A stretch of DNA of 64,000 nucleotides from positions 15,141,542 to 15,205,541 of the forward strand of contig NC_081395.1 in the NCBI RefSeq assembly GCF_030684315.1, given 5' to 3'. The DNA is from Stegostoma tigrinum. Taxonomy: Eukaryota. Under the pieces are notes generated by a model. It had not been told where the DNA came from. It made no database searches and saw only the letters and a list, made by a program, of their open reading frames with translations. The position numbers and the translations under genes were made by a program. Numbering within the stretch: the stretch's first letter is position 1; each line of letters opens with the position of its first letter. Below are positions 13,055-26,083 of the stretch, piece by piece.

Positions 13055-14499
13055 TAACGTTGGAGAGATATACAACGTGGGAACAGAATCTTCAATCAAC
13101 CTAGTCCATGCCAAGCAGATATCCTCTATAGATCTCGTCCCATTTGCCAGCATTTGGCCCATATCCCTCTAAACACTTCCTATTAATACACTCACCTACA
13201 TGCCCTTTAATAGTTGCAATTACACCAGCCTCCACCACTTCCTCTGGCAGCTCATTCCATATACACAAAACCCTCTGCATGAAAGAATGGCCCCTTAGGT
13301 CGCTTTTGTATATTTCTCCTTTCAACTTTAACTATACCGCTCTAGCTTTGGACTCCCCACCCGGGGAGAAAAGACCTTGCCTTTCTACCCTGTCCATGCC
13401 CCTCATGATTTTATGAACACCTGTAAGGTCAAACATTAGTGTCCAACACTCCAAGAAAAATAAAGCCAGCCTATTCAGCCTATCCCTACAGCTCAAATCC
13501 TCCAACCCTGGCAAAATCCTTGTAAATATTTTCTGAACTCTTTCAAGTTTCACAACGTCCTTCCTCTAGCAGGGAGACCAGAAGTGCAAACAACACTCCA
13601 AAAGTGGCTGAAATTATGTCCTGTACAGCCACATCATGACCTTCCAACTCCTATAGCAATGCATTGACCAATAAGAGCAAACATACTAAATGCCTTCTTC
13701 ACTATCCTACCTACCTGTGACTCCACTTTCAAGGAACTATGAGCCTGTACTCCAAGGTCTCTTTGTTCAGCAGCACTCCTCAGGACCTTATCATCAAGTG
13801 TATTAGCCTGCCCTGATTCACATTTCCAAATGCAGCACCTTGCATATATCTAAATGAAACTCCATCCATCACTCTTCAACCCATTGGCCCATCTGAGCAG
13901 GGTTCCCTTGTACTCTGAGGTAATCTTCTTCTCTGTTCACTACACCTCCAATTTGCAAACTTACTAACCGTACCTTCTATGTTCACATCCAAATTATTTA
14001 CATAGATGACAAAAAGCAGTGGACCAAGCGCTGATCCTATGGCACACTGCTGCTCAACGACCTCCAGTCGGAAAAGTAACCCTCTACCACCGCACTTTGT
14101 CTTCTACCTTTGAGCCAGTCATGTATCCAAATGGCTAGTTTTCCCGGTATTCTGTGTGATTTGACCTTGCTAACCAGTTTACCATGAGGGACCTTGTTGA
14201 ATGCCTTACCGAAATCCATACAAATCATACCCATCTCTCTGACTTCATCAACACTCTTCATTACTTCTTCAAAAAACGCAACTAAATTAGTGAGTCACAA
14301 TTTCACAATCATGAAGCCCTGTCAACTAGCCCTAATCAGTCCTTGCCTTTCCAAATATTTATAAATCCTGTCCTTCATCATTCCTTCTAATAACTTGCCC
14401 ACCACTGATGTCAGGCTCACTGGTCTACAGATGCCTAGCTTTTCCTTACCACCTTTCTTAATTGTGGCACAATGTTAGCCAACCTACTGTCTTCTGGCA
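13055..14499 (-). mobile_element. CR1/HER1 LINE inserted in a short Penelope pLTR-type element (13005-13048 / 14500-14585)
   Basis: MDFGKAFNKVPHG, LERVQKIFTRILPGL and WNELPEEVVEAG fragments. Confidence 0.85.
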
Positions 14500-15721
14500 A
14501 ATCATAAGCTTTTGGAGCACTGGTCCTTCATCAGGTGAAGTCACCCTTATTCATGCAAGCCCAACACCAGCACGTCCATATCTTCTCGCCCCATAATCTT
14601 CCATAATTCTTCCATTATTCATTCATGGATATGGGCTGTTTGGGCTTTTTTCTGCTGGACCAGTGTCTATGTTTCATTGCTGATTGAGGTTGAGGAGGTG
14701 GCAACATTTATTTTAGGAGTTTGTGGTTACAGATGCTTATTATAGACTGTTAGCAATTTGTAATAATTACCTGATGGTATATTGAGTTTGTTTAGATACG
14801 ATACAACAATTAGTAAGGTAAAGAAAAGCTTGCAACAGTGACAATCATGGAGTCACTGATAACAGAGGACAAGCTGTTAATATCAAATGTATTGACCTCA
14901 TTAAAGTTGGGAAAATAATATCCCCCTCGCTAGCTGAGGTGCTAACGAACTCTTACATGGGTCTCATTCCTCTTCTCTAGTCGATCTTCCAACTGGATAA
15001 AATAGTTCTCAGGTTATCACCTGATGAGGACCACATGATGAGAACTTCCAAAGGAAGACTGCAGCCTACTAGGTCTGTCTGATGAGCACTACCCTCTGCC
15101 TAAGCATGTGTTGACATACTCTATAATCTGTTCTGAAGAATGCCCATTGGAACCAAAACATCAGTTCTGCTTTGTCTCCATAGGTATGATCAGATCTGTT
15201 GAGTTTCTCCAGCAGTTTGCCTTTGATCGATATATGCCATGTCTAGAAACAGTTATTTTACTCTGTATCAATTAATTGTCTCAATTCTTTTGACCAATGA
15301 CCATAGGAGAGCTACTCATGACGTTGGATGACCATTAGTCCCTTTCCCACCTCAATTTGAAGGTTAATTCTCATCCCTCCTGATTAATGTTTCATTTACG
15401 CTTGTATAAGTTCAGTTACTAATATAACAATGAAGTGAGATCTCACATTATTCGGAGAGTAATAAGTTTTGGAATGCAAAAAGCACACAGTTTTAAATTG
15501 GCCTCCAATTTCCAAGGTCACATTCCCACTTCCACCCAACCCCTTCTACTTTGAGAAGGAAATATTCTTATTGACTTCTCTCTTAATTTTTTCTAAGATG
15601 TGAATTTGTTCTCTAGTCCTTTGATATGTATTTCTAGTAACATAACAAAGTTACTAGAACTGTTCATATCAAACTTTGAGTAGCTACTAAAAAAAAGCAA
15701 ACAACTTCTCCATGGGGTTCA

Positions 15722-15943
15722 CAAGGTATATAGCTGGATGAACACAGCAGGCCAAGCAGCATCAGAGGAGCAGGAAAGCTGATGTTTCAGGTCTAGACTC
15801 TTCTTCAGAAATGCATTTCTGAAGAAGAGTCTGGGCCCAAAATGTCAGCCTTCCTGCTCCTCTAATGCTGCTTGGCCTGCTGTGTTCATCCAGCTCTATA
15901 CCTTGTTATCGCAGGTTCTCTAGCATCTGCAGTTCCTACTATC
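15722..15943. mobile_element. Palindromic Penelope-pLTR element with TSD
   Basis: Inverted arms of about 90 bp around aaatgcattt. TSD tctccatggggttca at 15707-15721 and 15944-15958. Confidence 0.88.
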
Positions 15944-16873
15944 TCTCCATGGGGTTCAACAGTCATGATAAGCCAGGTCACAGCAGGCACATTCTTCAAG
16001 CTTTTGAATTGCCCTTCTATTTCTTAGCTCAGTTGGACCACTAGATTCTCTTTTTGCTACTGATCCTACTTAGGATTGACATGAGGTTTAGAGGTAAGGG
16101 GGGAATTGAGTTGTCAATTTCAGATATGGCTTTAATGCGCCATTCTGTGAGATGATGTTTATTCTTTCATAGCTGTCTCAGTTGAAAACAGAAGGTAGAC
16201 TTCCAAATGGGGAAAATATCTCCCCCTCCCCCATCCCTTGGTCTCCTGCTTTTGGCTTTTTAACCCCCTTACATTGAGTTGATGGATATTGCGCTTTCTT
16301 CACCCTCATTTTGCACTGAAACTATGTCATGATCCATTGAGGACTTTCACCTCTTTAGCTGCCTAAGTTACATACAACTATGGCATCAGATTATATACAG
16401 ACTTAAAACAAATTCCAGATCAGCCTTTAGCAGTGCTCTTTTAGTTCTTATTTTTTCTTATTAAGCCTTGAATATATAATATATGAAAAATATTATAGTG
16501 ATTTAGTGATGGGAAAGAAATAACCGTTCCAGTGTGTGAAAGAGCACTCCTGGACTCAAAAAACCCCAAAAAGAAACTACATTTTCATAACAACAACTGG
16601 AACAAATCATCAAGGCAACAACAGCCTGAATCTTTTGGTTCTTCTGTTGCGGTAACAGTGCCTCCACCTTTTCTGGACTGTCTAATGAAAATTGCTGCCT
16701 ACAAAGACTGCCTAATGATGAATGCCATCTGCTCTTGGGCACTTTTTGATATGCACTGTCCCTAGGCAGGTAATTTATTCCATGTTTATCAACTGTCTGG
16801 ATCCTTTTGACCAATGTCCATTGGGCAGCTACTTATGATGCCCAGTCCCTTGTCCACTTCATTTTAAGGTTAG

Positions 16874-17843
16874 TGTTGTGAAGATGAGCAAAATACTTGT
16901 GGATTTGGAGGAAAGAATTTAGAATTTGGCGTTTGTAAATGCTAGGGAGTTGGGAAGTCGAGGGGGGGCATTGTGTGGTCCCTTTAAAAGATTATGTGCA
17001 TTTTCTATGCTTAAAGATTTAAAATGGATGTCTGTGAGCAACAGGCTGAAAGTTGCATCGTAAATTGAAACATTAGTATCAAAAGGCCATGCCATTAGCA
17101 GGCCAAGCAACCATTTTTACCAAGACAACAAGTTTTGAATTTACTCAATCATTTGAACCAGGCACTTAGATTCCAAAAACTAATTAAATTTAATTCTGAT
17201 GGTTTTGATACACAGGACCAATCCTATTGCAAGAAAGATTGATATGACATCAATGATATAAAAGAAAAGGGACAGTTGGACAAAACTCATAGAACTAACT
17301 GCCATCCGCCAAAGCTAACAACCCTCAGCTCTCAAAAGAGAACCGTTGGATCTTACAGACTCTTCTTTGTCTTACAGAAAGAACCATCTAAATCACCAGG
17401 GTTTGCAGAGCACAACTAGTTAACATTCCCGGTAGAAGAATTAATGGAGAAGGCAAAGAACATGCCGGAAGCCACGTAACCCTGGCTGTAATTTTGAGAG
17501 ACTTAATTTTTTTATATAAGTGTGACTTGTATTTATTGGAGCGGCATGCTGTTAGAATTTTGTTTTATTTAGGAATAGTTGTTAGTTAGAAGGGATTTAT
17601 TTGGTTTGTTAATATTTAAGTTAATTTGTTTACTGTTAGAGCTAGATAAATAAATTGTTACTTGTTGATGTGAAGTGAATGTTGGGGATTAATTTTATTT
17701 AACCACTGGAAGTTGCTGAAAGTTGGGTTACACCATTTTTCACATTTCTTTTACACTTATAGAGTGAGGTACTCTCCTATGGGTGTTTTAGCTTTAGTTC
17801 TCGGCAGGGTGGGGGGGGGAGGGTCAACCACTGCTTTATAACA
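16874..17843 (+). mobile_element. Probable solo LTR
   Basis: Ends TGTTGTGAAG...CTTTATAACA (8/10 inverted repeat), TSD-like ttag/tgag, TATA near 17514, AATAAA near 17649. Confidence 0.6.
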
Positions 17844-17989
17844 TGAGCGTTCATTCCTTCCAAGTGTTCCTTCTTATTTTTGAAAAAGTTGTACTTATAT
17901 TAGGGTAGTGTGATGCCCAATAAATCTTTTGTTTATGCTGGCAGGAGTCAGTCACTCCTTTATACTCAGAACTGTACGGGATGTTTTCC

Positions 17990-18600
17990 CAAGTCTAGAC
18001 ATTGAATGGCTTGGAGAGTAACTTGCATGTGCAATGATCCCATGGATCTGCTGTCTTTGAACTTCTAGATGATAGTTTTCATGGCAATAGAAGGTGCTAT
18101 CTAAATAACCTCAGAGGCTTTGTGCAGTATCTCCTGTAGATGGTACACACTGCTGTGGCTATATGTCAGTGGTTGAGGGAATGCATGTTTGTGGAGAAGG
18201 CTTATGAGCAGAAGCAGGCCATAAGGTAGGCTTCTAATGAAGCAGGATATTTTGTCCTGGATGGTATCAAGCCCTTTTAAGTGTTTTTGTTCTGCACTCA
18301 TCCGGGCAATTGGGGAAGCATTCTATCACTCTTCTCATCAGCGCCATGTTGATGGTGGACATGCTTTTGATAATCATGAGTTCAGTTCTTCTCTGCAGCA
18401 TTCTAGCCTGTGATGTGTTCTTGTTGCCATAGTATTGTCATGGCTGGTTGAATTCAATTTCTTATCAATATTAATGCTAACTAGTGTTGACAGAGGATTC
18501 ACCAATGTTATTTCCAGTGAAGTTCAACAGGTGACAATCGTTCAAGCCTGTCATTGCTTGGCACTTGTTTGGTGAGAATGTTGCTTGCCACTCATCACCA
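17990..18600 (-). mobile_element. Degraded CR1/L2-clade LINE 3' region
   Basis: Reverse-complement similarity to 11330-11850. Confidence 0.6.
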
Positions 18601-18834
18601 TGAATCTGCACTTTGTCCCAGTTTTACTACAGCTGAATAAAATATTTTGTGAAAAGGTTTGCAGAGAAGTTAGAGATTGAGAGGCAAAAGTAGAAACAAG
18701 TAGGGAGGGTGAGAGGAGAAAGCAATCGTGGGACCTAAAAATGGAGAGAGCATGGGAAAGAAAGTTCATCAAACGATTCACATAGCACTTGTAATCTATG
18801 TTGCATACCATCTGAGATTGAATGCCATTTCATT

Positions 18835-19745
18835 TTAGAATTGTGAAGAAACAAGCTTAATTAAAGTAAAGGGATATTTAACAATTTTCTTCAATTCTTC
18901 TCTGAACCTAGACTGTGCCACTGCATAGATAATAGTGTTTGTGCAGGAACTCAGACACTGAAGCATGTATCCAGTGTGTTCCATGATGGCAAATGGGTCA
19001 TTGTAATCTGTAAGCATAAACTGAATGCCAGAAAATTGTGTACAAATGAAATGTACAAAAGTTATCATCCATAACAGTATAAAGCAGGTAGAGATAGCCA
19101 GCAATAATATGATTGATTTCCTACGATTCTCCATCTCTGGATCATTAGGATCATCACAATTTTTCATTCCTTGTAGTCCTTTTCTAATACCATTGGCATG
19201 GATAATGTACTGTATGGTCAAAGCATTCAGCAGCACAATCAATACAAATGGTAGAAATGGTGTTAAGGTAATGTCAAAGAAGAAGTATGCTATCCATATA
19301 GGTAAATCCGAAAGATTTGATTTTACACTGCAGAACCATTCTATATTGTCAATGATTTCCTGGTGTTCATTCTCAAAATAGATTGGAATGTTTTCTACAA
19401 CGCTCAATACAAACACAGTGACTATAATTATGGTCGCAGTTCGTTCAGTGCAATACCTTTCCCTCACCTTTTGGCAGCGAATGGCAACCAATCTGTCAAA
19501 TGTGAAAGTAACAGTTAGCCAGACAGAACAATCAATGGCTATGAAAACCAGTGCAATATTGAGACAACAAACTGGTGTTTAGTCCAAAAATGTATAGGAA
19601 AAATATATTCCTTTAATCTCATACAACATGACATCAAATATTATCACCAGTAGATCTGCCACTGCCATAGCAACCAGATAACGTGTGATACATTTAGAAA
19701 GACCACATTTGCCACGGGAGAGAATTACAATCGCCACCAGGTTGC
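18835..19745 (-). pseudogene. GPR139/142-like class A GPCR exon 2, single premature TAA at 19579-19581
   Basis: tgcag|GC acceptor. Reads NLVAIVILSRGKCGLSKCITRYLVAMAVADLL..FLD*TPVC..FTFDRLVAI..DPEMENRRKSIILL..SCTNTIIY..FREE. Spliced length is 326 codons in one continuous frame. Confidence 0.9.
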
Positions 19746-20454
19746 CTGCAAGGGGAAAAAAAACAAAATAATATGGTAAATGTGCTAATAACACACAAAT
19801 GATCAGTTTGAGAGTTAATTTCTATTCCATAGTTCCAAACACAAGCTGGTTTCCTTTTGCTTCAGGTAATTTTGCATATTGATGCTTTACCTTCCACCAT
19901 CTTGGCTTTCCTGATTCCTTTTTTAAAGTAAGCTTTATACCTGTATTCTATCCTCAGTCAGATTATCTCTAGTTGAGAAAAGTCAGCTAATCAGATTTGC
20001 AAATAGCACCACTTTATACATACACAATCTGTAGCTAGTCTCCCACTGCATCCAGTTAATGTTAACTCAACTATGTACAAAGAATACCCACTATGGGGTA
20101 CAGTGACAGTCCCTTGCATCACTTCATGTACAACATGAATATTAAATTCATAAAAAGTTGAGATGACCATTGATGGCAAACTGGCAGGTGGTAAGTGAGG
20201 CATCTTGCTTTCATTGCTGTATAAGAAATTCACAGACAGGCTAAAGCTCTAGAGAAAGGGTTTGGGAATCGCACCACAGCAAAAAGCCATGAGAAAAATA
20301 GGTCAGATTCCAGTGAAGATCATGAAGTCATTCTCAGTCATCCTCATTCACTAATTTTACTTTAGGCATTGTTACTCTTGAATGCTTGACTCTTAACTGC
20401 ATTGTGAGATGACTCAGTTGTATAAAACTGTTTCAAAATCCAAAGGGAGGAATG

Positions 20455-20745
20455 AAATTGCCTCACTGCTCCAGGGACCCAGGTTCAATTCCACTGGGGG
20501 AGTTTACACATTCTCCCTGTACCTGCGTGGGTTTCTGCTGGATGATCTGTTTTCCTCCCATTGCCCAAAGATATGCAGGTTAATTGGAATGGACACATTA
20601 AATTCCCCTGTAGAGTCCAGGCTTGTGCAAGCTAGAAGAGTTGCTATATTAAATATGGAGTTATGGGGATAGGCTGGGTCTGGGTGAGATGCTTTTTGGA
20701 GGTTTAGTGCAGATTCTATTTGCACAGTAGGGATACGATGATTTT
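20455..20745 (+). mobile_element. HE1-type SINE (diverged)
   Basis: ggacccaggttcaattcc..gagtttacacattctccc body. Confidence 0.75.
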
Positions 20746-20749
20746 ATCT

Positions 20750-21960
20750 AGCCTTTCCTTATGACTCAAGCCCTCCAGTCTCAGCAACATCCTTGTAAAT
20801 CCTTCCTGACCCCTTCCCAATTCACTAATATCCTTCCTCTAACATGTAATCAAAACTGTACACAGTACTCCAAAAATGGCCTCACCAATGTCCTTTACAG
20901 CCACAACATAATATCCCAACTCCTGTACCCCATACTGTGACCAATGAAGGCAAGCATGCCAAACACCTTCTTCACCACACTACCTACCTGTGATGCCATT
21001 TTCAAGGATCTCTGTACCTGAACCCCTAGGTCCCTCTGTTCAACTACACTATCTAGGGTCCTGCCATTACCTGTTTAAATTGTGTTCTTGTTCATTTTAC
21101 TAAAATGCAACACCTGGCATTTAGCTAAATTAGACTCCATGTGCCACTCCTCAGCTAATTGGCCCAATTGATCAATTATTATCATCCCCTTAGACAAACA
21201 TCTTCACACTCCACTATACACCCAATTTTGTTGGCATGCACAAACTTACCAACCATTCTTCCTAAAATGTCAACCAAATCATTTAGATAAATGACAAACA
21301 GCGGTGGACCCAGCACCAATCCCTAAATAACACCACTGATCACAGGTCTCCAGTCCAAAAACAAACTTTCCCACATCAACCTCTATCTCCTTGCCATCAA
21401 GTCAATGTTGTATCCAGTTGGCAAGCTACCCCTGGATCCGATGTAATCTAATCGTACTAACCAGTCAACCATACATAACCTTACCAAAAGCCCTGTTAAA
21501 GTTCATGTAGACACTCTCCCCTCAACAAGTATCTTTGTCGTGTCCTCAAAAATACTCAAACAAGTTTGTGAGACATAATTCCCCACTCACAAAGTCATGA
21601 TGACTAATAAGTTCTTGCCCTTCCAAATGGAAATCCTGTCTCTTAGAATCCCCTTCAACAACTTACCCACAGCTGATATCAGACTCACCGGCTTCTCCTT
21701 GTAGACTATTTAAAATAAAGGTGCAACATTAGCCACCCTCCAGTGTTCCACCACCTCACCAGTGGATGTAGATGAAACAAATATCTCTGATATAGGCCCT
21801 GCAATTTCTTTCCTAGCTTCCCACTAGCTTCCCATCTCCTGGTATACAGCTGATTGGATTCCAGGGATTTATATACCTTTACCCTTTTTAAGGACCCCAG
21901 CACCTCCTCTTCTGTAATGTGGACTGTTTTCAAAATATCAACATTTATAGAATTCGATAG
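20750..21960 (-). mobile_element. CR1 LINE fragment in the GPCR intron
   Basis: ITEEEVLGSLKRVKVYKS; collinear with the other CR1 copies. Confidence 0.8.
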
Positions 21961-22842
21961 AATATTCCTCAATTTCCTGGATGAGTACAACTTCAATAAT
22001 GTTCAAGAAACTTAACACCATCCATGACTGAGTAGCACACTTGATTGCCATCGCATCCATAAATGTTCTCTCCCTCTCGTGCTGATGTTTAGCAACAGCA
22101 CCATCTACAAGATACACTACAGAAGGAACATTCTTTAGACAATACATTCTAAATTACACATACTCCTATCTAAAAGGATAACGGTGGCAGATACGTGGGA
22201 ACATCACCATGTGCAAGTTTCCCTCCAGCCTCTCACCATTCTGACTTGGAAATATAGCGCCAGTCCTTTACCATTGCAAAGCCAAAATCCTACAGCCCCA
22301 TTCCAACTGCAATGTGGGGGTACCTACACTAAGTAGATTACAGCATTTCAAGACAATGCCTTGCCATCAACTTCTACATGTTTGCCAGGGAAGGTCAATA
22401 AATGTGGAATCAGCCAGCAAAACATGAATCTTCTGAATGAAGAAAAAGAATTGCGTCAATTTTGATTTGTATGATGGTATGCAAGATTGCAAGTAAGCTG
22501 TGCATTGTTTTCCATTTTCCTTTCCAGTGGCTGAATTGAAATAAATCTGGAAACATGTACAACTATATGGTAGCAGAAGAAATGTCCCTGACTATTATCT
22601 ACAGACCTGATCTTCCATTGAAACAAAGAGAAATAGGCATCTAGAGTAAAATGGAACACACGGTTTGTTTTAAAATCTCTCACTTTAGTCAACCACCCAA
22701 AACTAAAAATACTTCCAAATTATCAGTTGATTGATGACTCATATAATCATTCCTACTCAGAAAATGACAGAATCACACAAGTACTATATGCAACAGTGGC
22801 TGTTCACAACAATCAGTTATGCACTGGCTCTGCAAAAAGTAT

Positions 22843-22945
22843 AAAAACAGAAGTTGCTGGAAAAGTTCAGCAGGTCTGGCAGCATCTGTGAAGAGAAAGC
22901 AGATTTAACATTTTGGGTCCAGTGACCCTTCCTGAGAAGGGTCTC
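22843..22945 (-). mobile_element. Short Penelope-pLTR-type repeat, third family (related copies near 15130, 41560, 52935)
   Basis: aaacagaagttgctggaaaagttcagcaggtctggcagcatctg..ttaacattttgggtccagtgacccttc, with a degenerate hammerhead-like hairpin. Confidence 0.55.
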
Positions 22946-23723
22946 CATAGAGTACCATGATTTATTGTAAATCCTCTGCCTTTTCCACATACCCTTGCAT
23001 GTTATTTGCATTTCAATAAGCATGTAATACGGTCCTTTGTGCTAGAGTAACTCTTCCAGGCAATGCATTCCAGAACTGAACCATTCATTGTATGAAAATC
23101 ATTTTGGTCACACCTCATTTGTTACATTTGCAAATCACTTTAAATCTGCCCCTCTCAATCTCAATACTTTTAGGAGCAGGAACTAATGCTTTCCAGCTAC
23201 TGTGTCCATCTCTCTCATCATTTTTGAAAAAGCTATATAAAATATTCTCTAAGCTTTCTGCTTTCCAAGAAGAAAGTCCACAGCAAATCCAATCTACTAT
23301 CATAAATGAAGTTTCCCAAACCTGGAATAATTTTAGCAAATCATTGGCAAAACTCCAATGTCTTCCCATAGTGTGGTCTGACTCAATACATCAAAAAATG
23401 ATGGACTGAATCTGTAAATAGTAGAGCCAATGTTCATAACATTGCAATACACTAATATTAATGAATTTTCCTCATGCACATATTGAATCAAATATTCAAA
23501 TTTGTTTGGCTAACTGTCCTGAATTAGTCAAAATACATCAAGACTTTTGGGACATTCAGTCCATTTGCTTGTATGGAAATGAGATGACATGAAATTGCAC
23601 CACAGTCAATTAAATTTAAATTTCAGACTTACATTTCTCACTTAAAACTGTTTCTAAAATATTCAGTCAACAGCTTATTAACCATTCTAATATTACAGTA
23701 TTCTTCTGTACCTCAGCGCAGCT

Positions 23724-24056
23724 TGGTGGCTCAGTGGTTAGCACTGCAGCCTCACAACGCCAGCTACCTCGGTTCAATTCCAGCCTTGAGTGACTGTCTG
23801 TGTGGAGTTTGTACATCTCCCCGTGTCTGTGTAGGTTTCTTCCGGGTGCTCTGGTTTCCTCCCACAGACCAAAGATATGCAGGCTAGGTGGACTGGCCAT
23901 GCTAAATTGCCCATAGTGCCCAGGGATGTTTAAGTTAGGTGGGTAGAAATGGGAAATGCAGGGATAGGGGAATGGGTCTGGTTGGGATGCTCTTCGGAGG
24001 GGTGATGTGGACTTATTGGGCTGAATGGCCTATTTCCACACTGTAGAGATTCTATG
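23724..24056 (+). mobile_element. HE1-type SINE
   Basis: ggtggctcagtggttagcactgcagcctcac head and conserved body. Confidence 0.88.
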
Positions 24057-24155
24057 ACAGTAAATATTAGGCAATGATACCAGCAAAGAATAATCTGATT
24101 TCAAAAACACATAAAGTAACCACAAAAATATGAGGAAAGGCCAGAACTAACTTAC

Positions 24156-24225
24156 CAGGAACTCCAATCAGTGCTAGGATGGGGTAGTAAATTTTTTCAA
24201 TGTTTGGAATTATGGCGAATTCCAT
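24156..24225 (-). pseudogene. GPR139/142-like GPCR exon 1 (MEFAIIPNIEKIYYPILALIGVP+G)
   Basis: ATG at 24225, YYPILAxIGVP TM1 motif, donor G|GTAAGT. TATAAA at 24293-24298 on the minus strand. Confidence 0.88.
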
Positions 24226-24534
24226 TCTCCAGAGGTGAAGAATTCTGTTGTTGTTTTTGAAGCACTGATAAGGAACATTAAGTTGAGACTAATTTATAAT
24301 GCAAAGAACTCTCAAATGAGAATAATACATTAAATATTAATCAACGTTAGCTACAGTTAGTTGCACAAATTAACGTGGCAGCTGGTTTTACCCTAGAGAC
24401 CCTAATGATTCATATTTCTCACTGAGAATAAGGAGTAAAACATGCAACATTTATTAGTTTTCATCAGATGTTAACTCATTTTAAAAGTTGTATTGACTCA
24501 GTTGCGGGTCATTCTGATTCACTGTTTTTTATAA

Positions 24535-25095
24535 CTCCTGGAATGCGGATGTTGCTGCTTGGCCAGCCTTTATTACCTGTCCCCAATTGCAGTTGACAAA
24601 GTAGCGGTGAGCTGTCTTCTTGAACTGCTACAGTCTGTGTGTGGGTAACCCCACAATGTCCTTAGGGAGAGAATTCCAGGATTTTGATCCAGACACACTG
24701 AAGGAATGCTAAATATCTCCAAGTCAGGATGGTGAGTGGCTTGGGGGATCTTGCAAATGGTGGTATTTCCATTTATCTACTGCCTTCATTCTCCTACATG
24801 GAAGTGATCGATGTTTGAAAGGGGCTGTCTAAAGATCTTGTGCTAATTTCTGCAGCATATCTTTTAGTTGGCATACACTATTGCTACAAACAATCAGTGG
24901 ACGTTTGTGAATGTGGTGCGAATCAAGTGTGCTGCTTTGTCCTGGATGGTGTCAAGCTTCTTGAACGTTTGTTGGTGCTGCATTGATCCAGGCAAGTGGG
25001 GATATGTCATCACATTTTGACTTATGTCTTGTATGTGATGGACAAGGCCTTGGAAATCAGGAGGTGAGTTAATTGCCAGGTATTCCTAGTCTCTA
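24535..25095 (-). mobile_element. CR1/L2-clade LINE 3' end
   Basis: Reverse complement of the tail family at 11540-12065 and 21985-22450. Confidence 0.65.
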
Positions 25096-25698
25096 CTTCT
25101 ATTCAAAATATCTCTAGCGATAACAAGTATAAAATATTTTTTTAAAAAAGAGTGCTTCATTATAAGATTAACTCTCTCAATGTTTGTGAGTAGAAAAATA
25201 TAATTTATGTAGTGGGCTGAGTTTTTACAAGGATGAAATCATCCCTCACAAAATTTGTGAGAAACCTCATTACTTTGATAACCATAAAGTACCATAAACT
25301 GATTCCAATGTGTGCAGAACCACAATCTGCCACAGATACTATGAGATGGTCAGAAGTTGATAAGATGGAGCTAGGAGCAAGGTGATTAGAATCATAGGAT
25401 TTTCGATACTGGAGCTGTGTTTATCACCCAGACCACTGAAACTTAAGTGAGCATAGCACCGGGACCTTTTCCAACAGTTCATTTTGCATTCTGTTGCATA
25501 AATAAAATTGTGGATAATCAAATGCAACACAGTATGATTTATTCACATAAATATCAGCCCGTTACTAAAATTCCTAACTTGAACATAAGTTAGCTACTGC
25601 TGTGTTCTTTGTTAACTGTCTGGGTACACTTTTGTGACTTTTTTACTCAAGTGGCTGTAAATGCTGAAAATCTGTGATAAACTTAACAATGTGATCAA

Positions 25699-25831
25699 AG
25701 ATAATGGGAACTGCAGATGCTGGAGAATTCCAAGATAATAAAATGTGAGGCTGGATGAACACAGCAGGCCAAGCAGCATCTCAGGAGCACAAAAGCTGAC
25801 GTTTTGGGCCTGGACCCTTCATCAGAGAGCC
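25699..25831 (-). mobile_element. Mini Penelope derivative (hammerhead motif + pLTR tail)
   Basis: TSD tgtgatcaa at 25690-25698 and 25832-25840. Confidence 0.85.
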
Positions 25832-25912
25832 TGTGATCAATCTGCTTCTTGTGCGAAGGTAACTGATGGGGCTTGTCCAAAGACAAGGAAGAAAGACACA
25901 TGAATTGAACTG

Positions 25913-26083
25913 AGAGAGTAGGAACTGCAGATGCTGGAGAATCCGAGATAACAAAATGTGAAAGTGGATGAACACAGTAGGCCAAGCAGCATCAGAGGAG
26001 CATGAAAGCTGACGTTTCGGGCCTAGACCTGGATGAAGATGCTGCTTGGCCTGCTGTGTTCATCTAGCTCTACACTTTGTGAT
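25913..26083 (-). mobile_element. Mini Penelope derivative with partial inverted arm
   Basis: TSD catgaattga(a/g)ctg at 25899-25912 and 26084-26097. Confidence 0.85.

Noticed and set aside
19025-19582. Plus-strand ORFs overlapping the GPCR
   Set aside because: Antisense shadows of the GPCR exon with no independent features.
25699-26083. CRISPR-like or satellite array from the recurring gctggatgaacacagcaggccaagcagcatc
   Set aside because: The copies are separate transposon insertions, each with its own TSD, in a eukaryotic context with no regular spacers.
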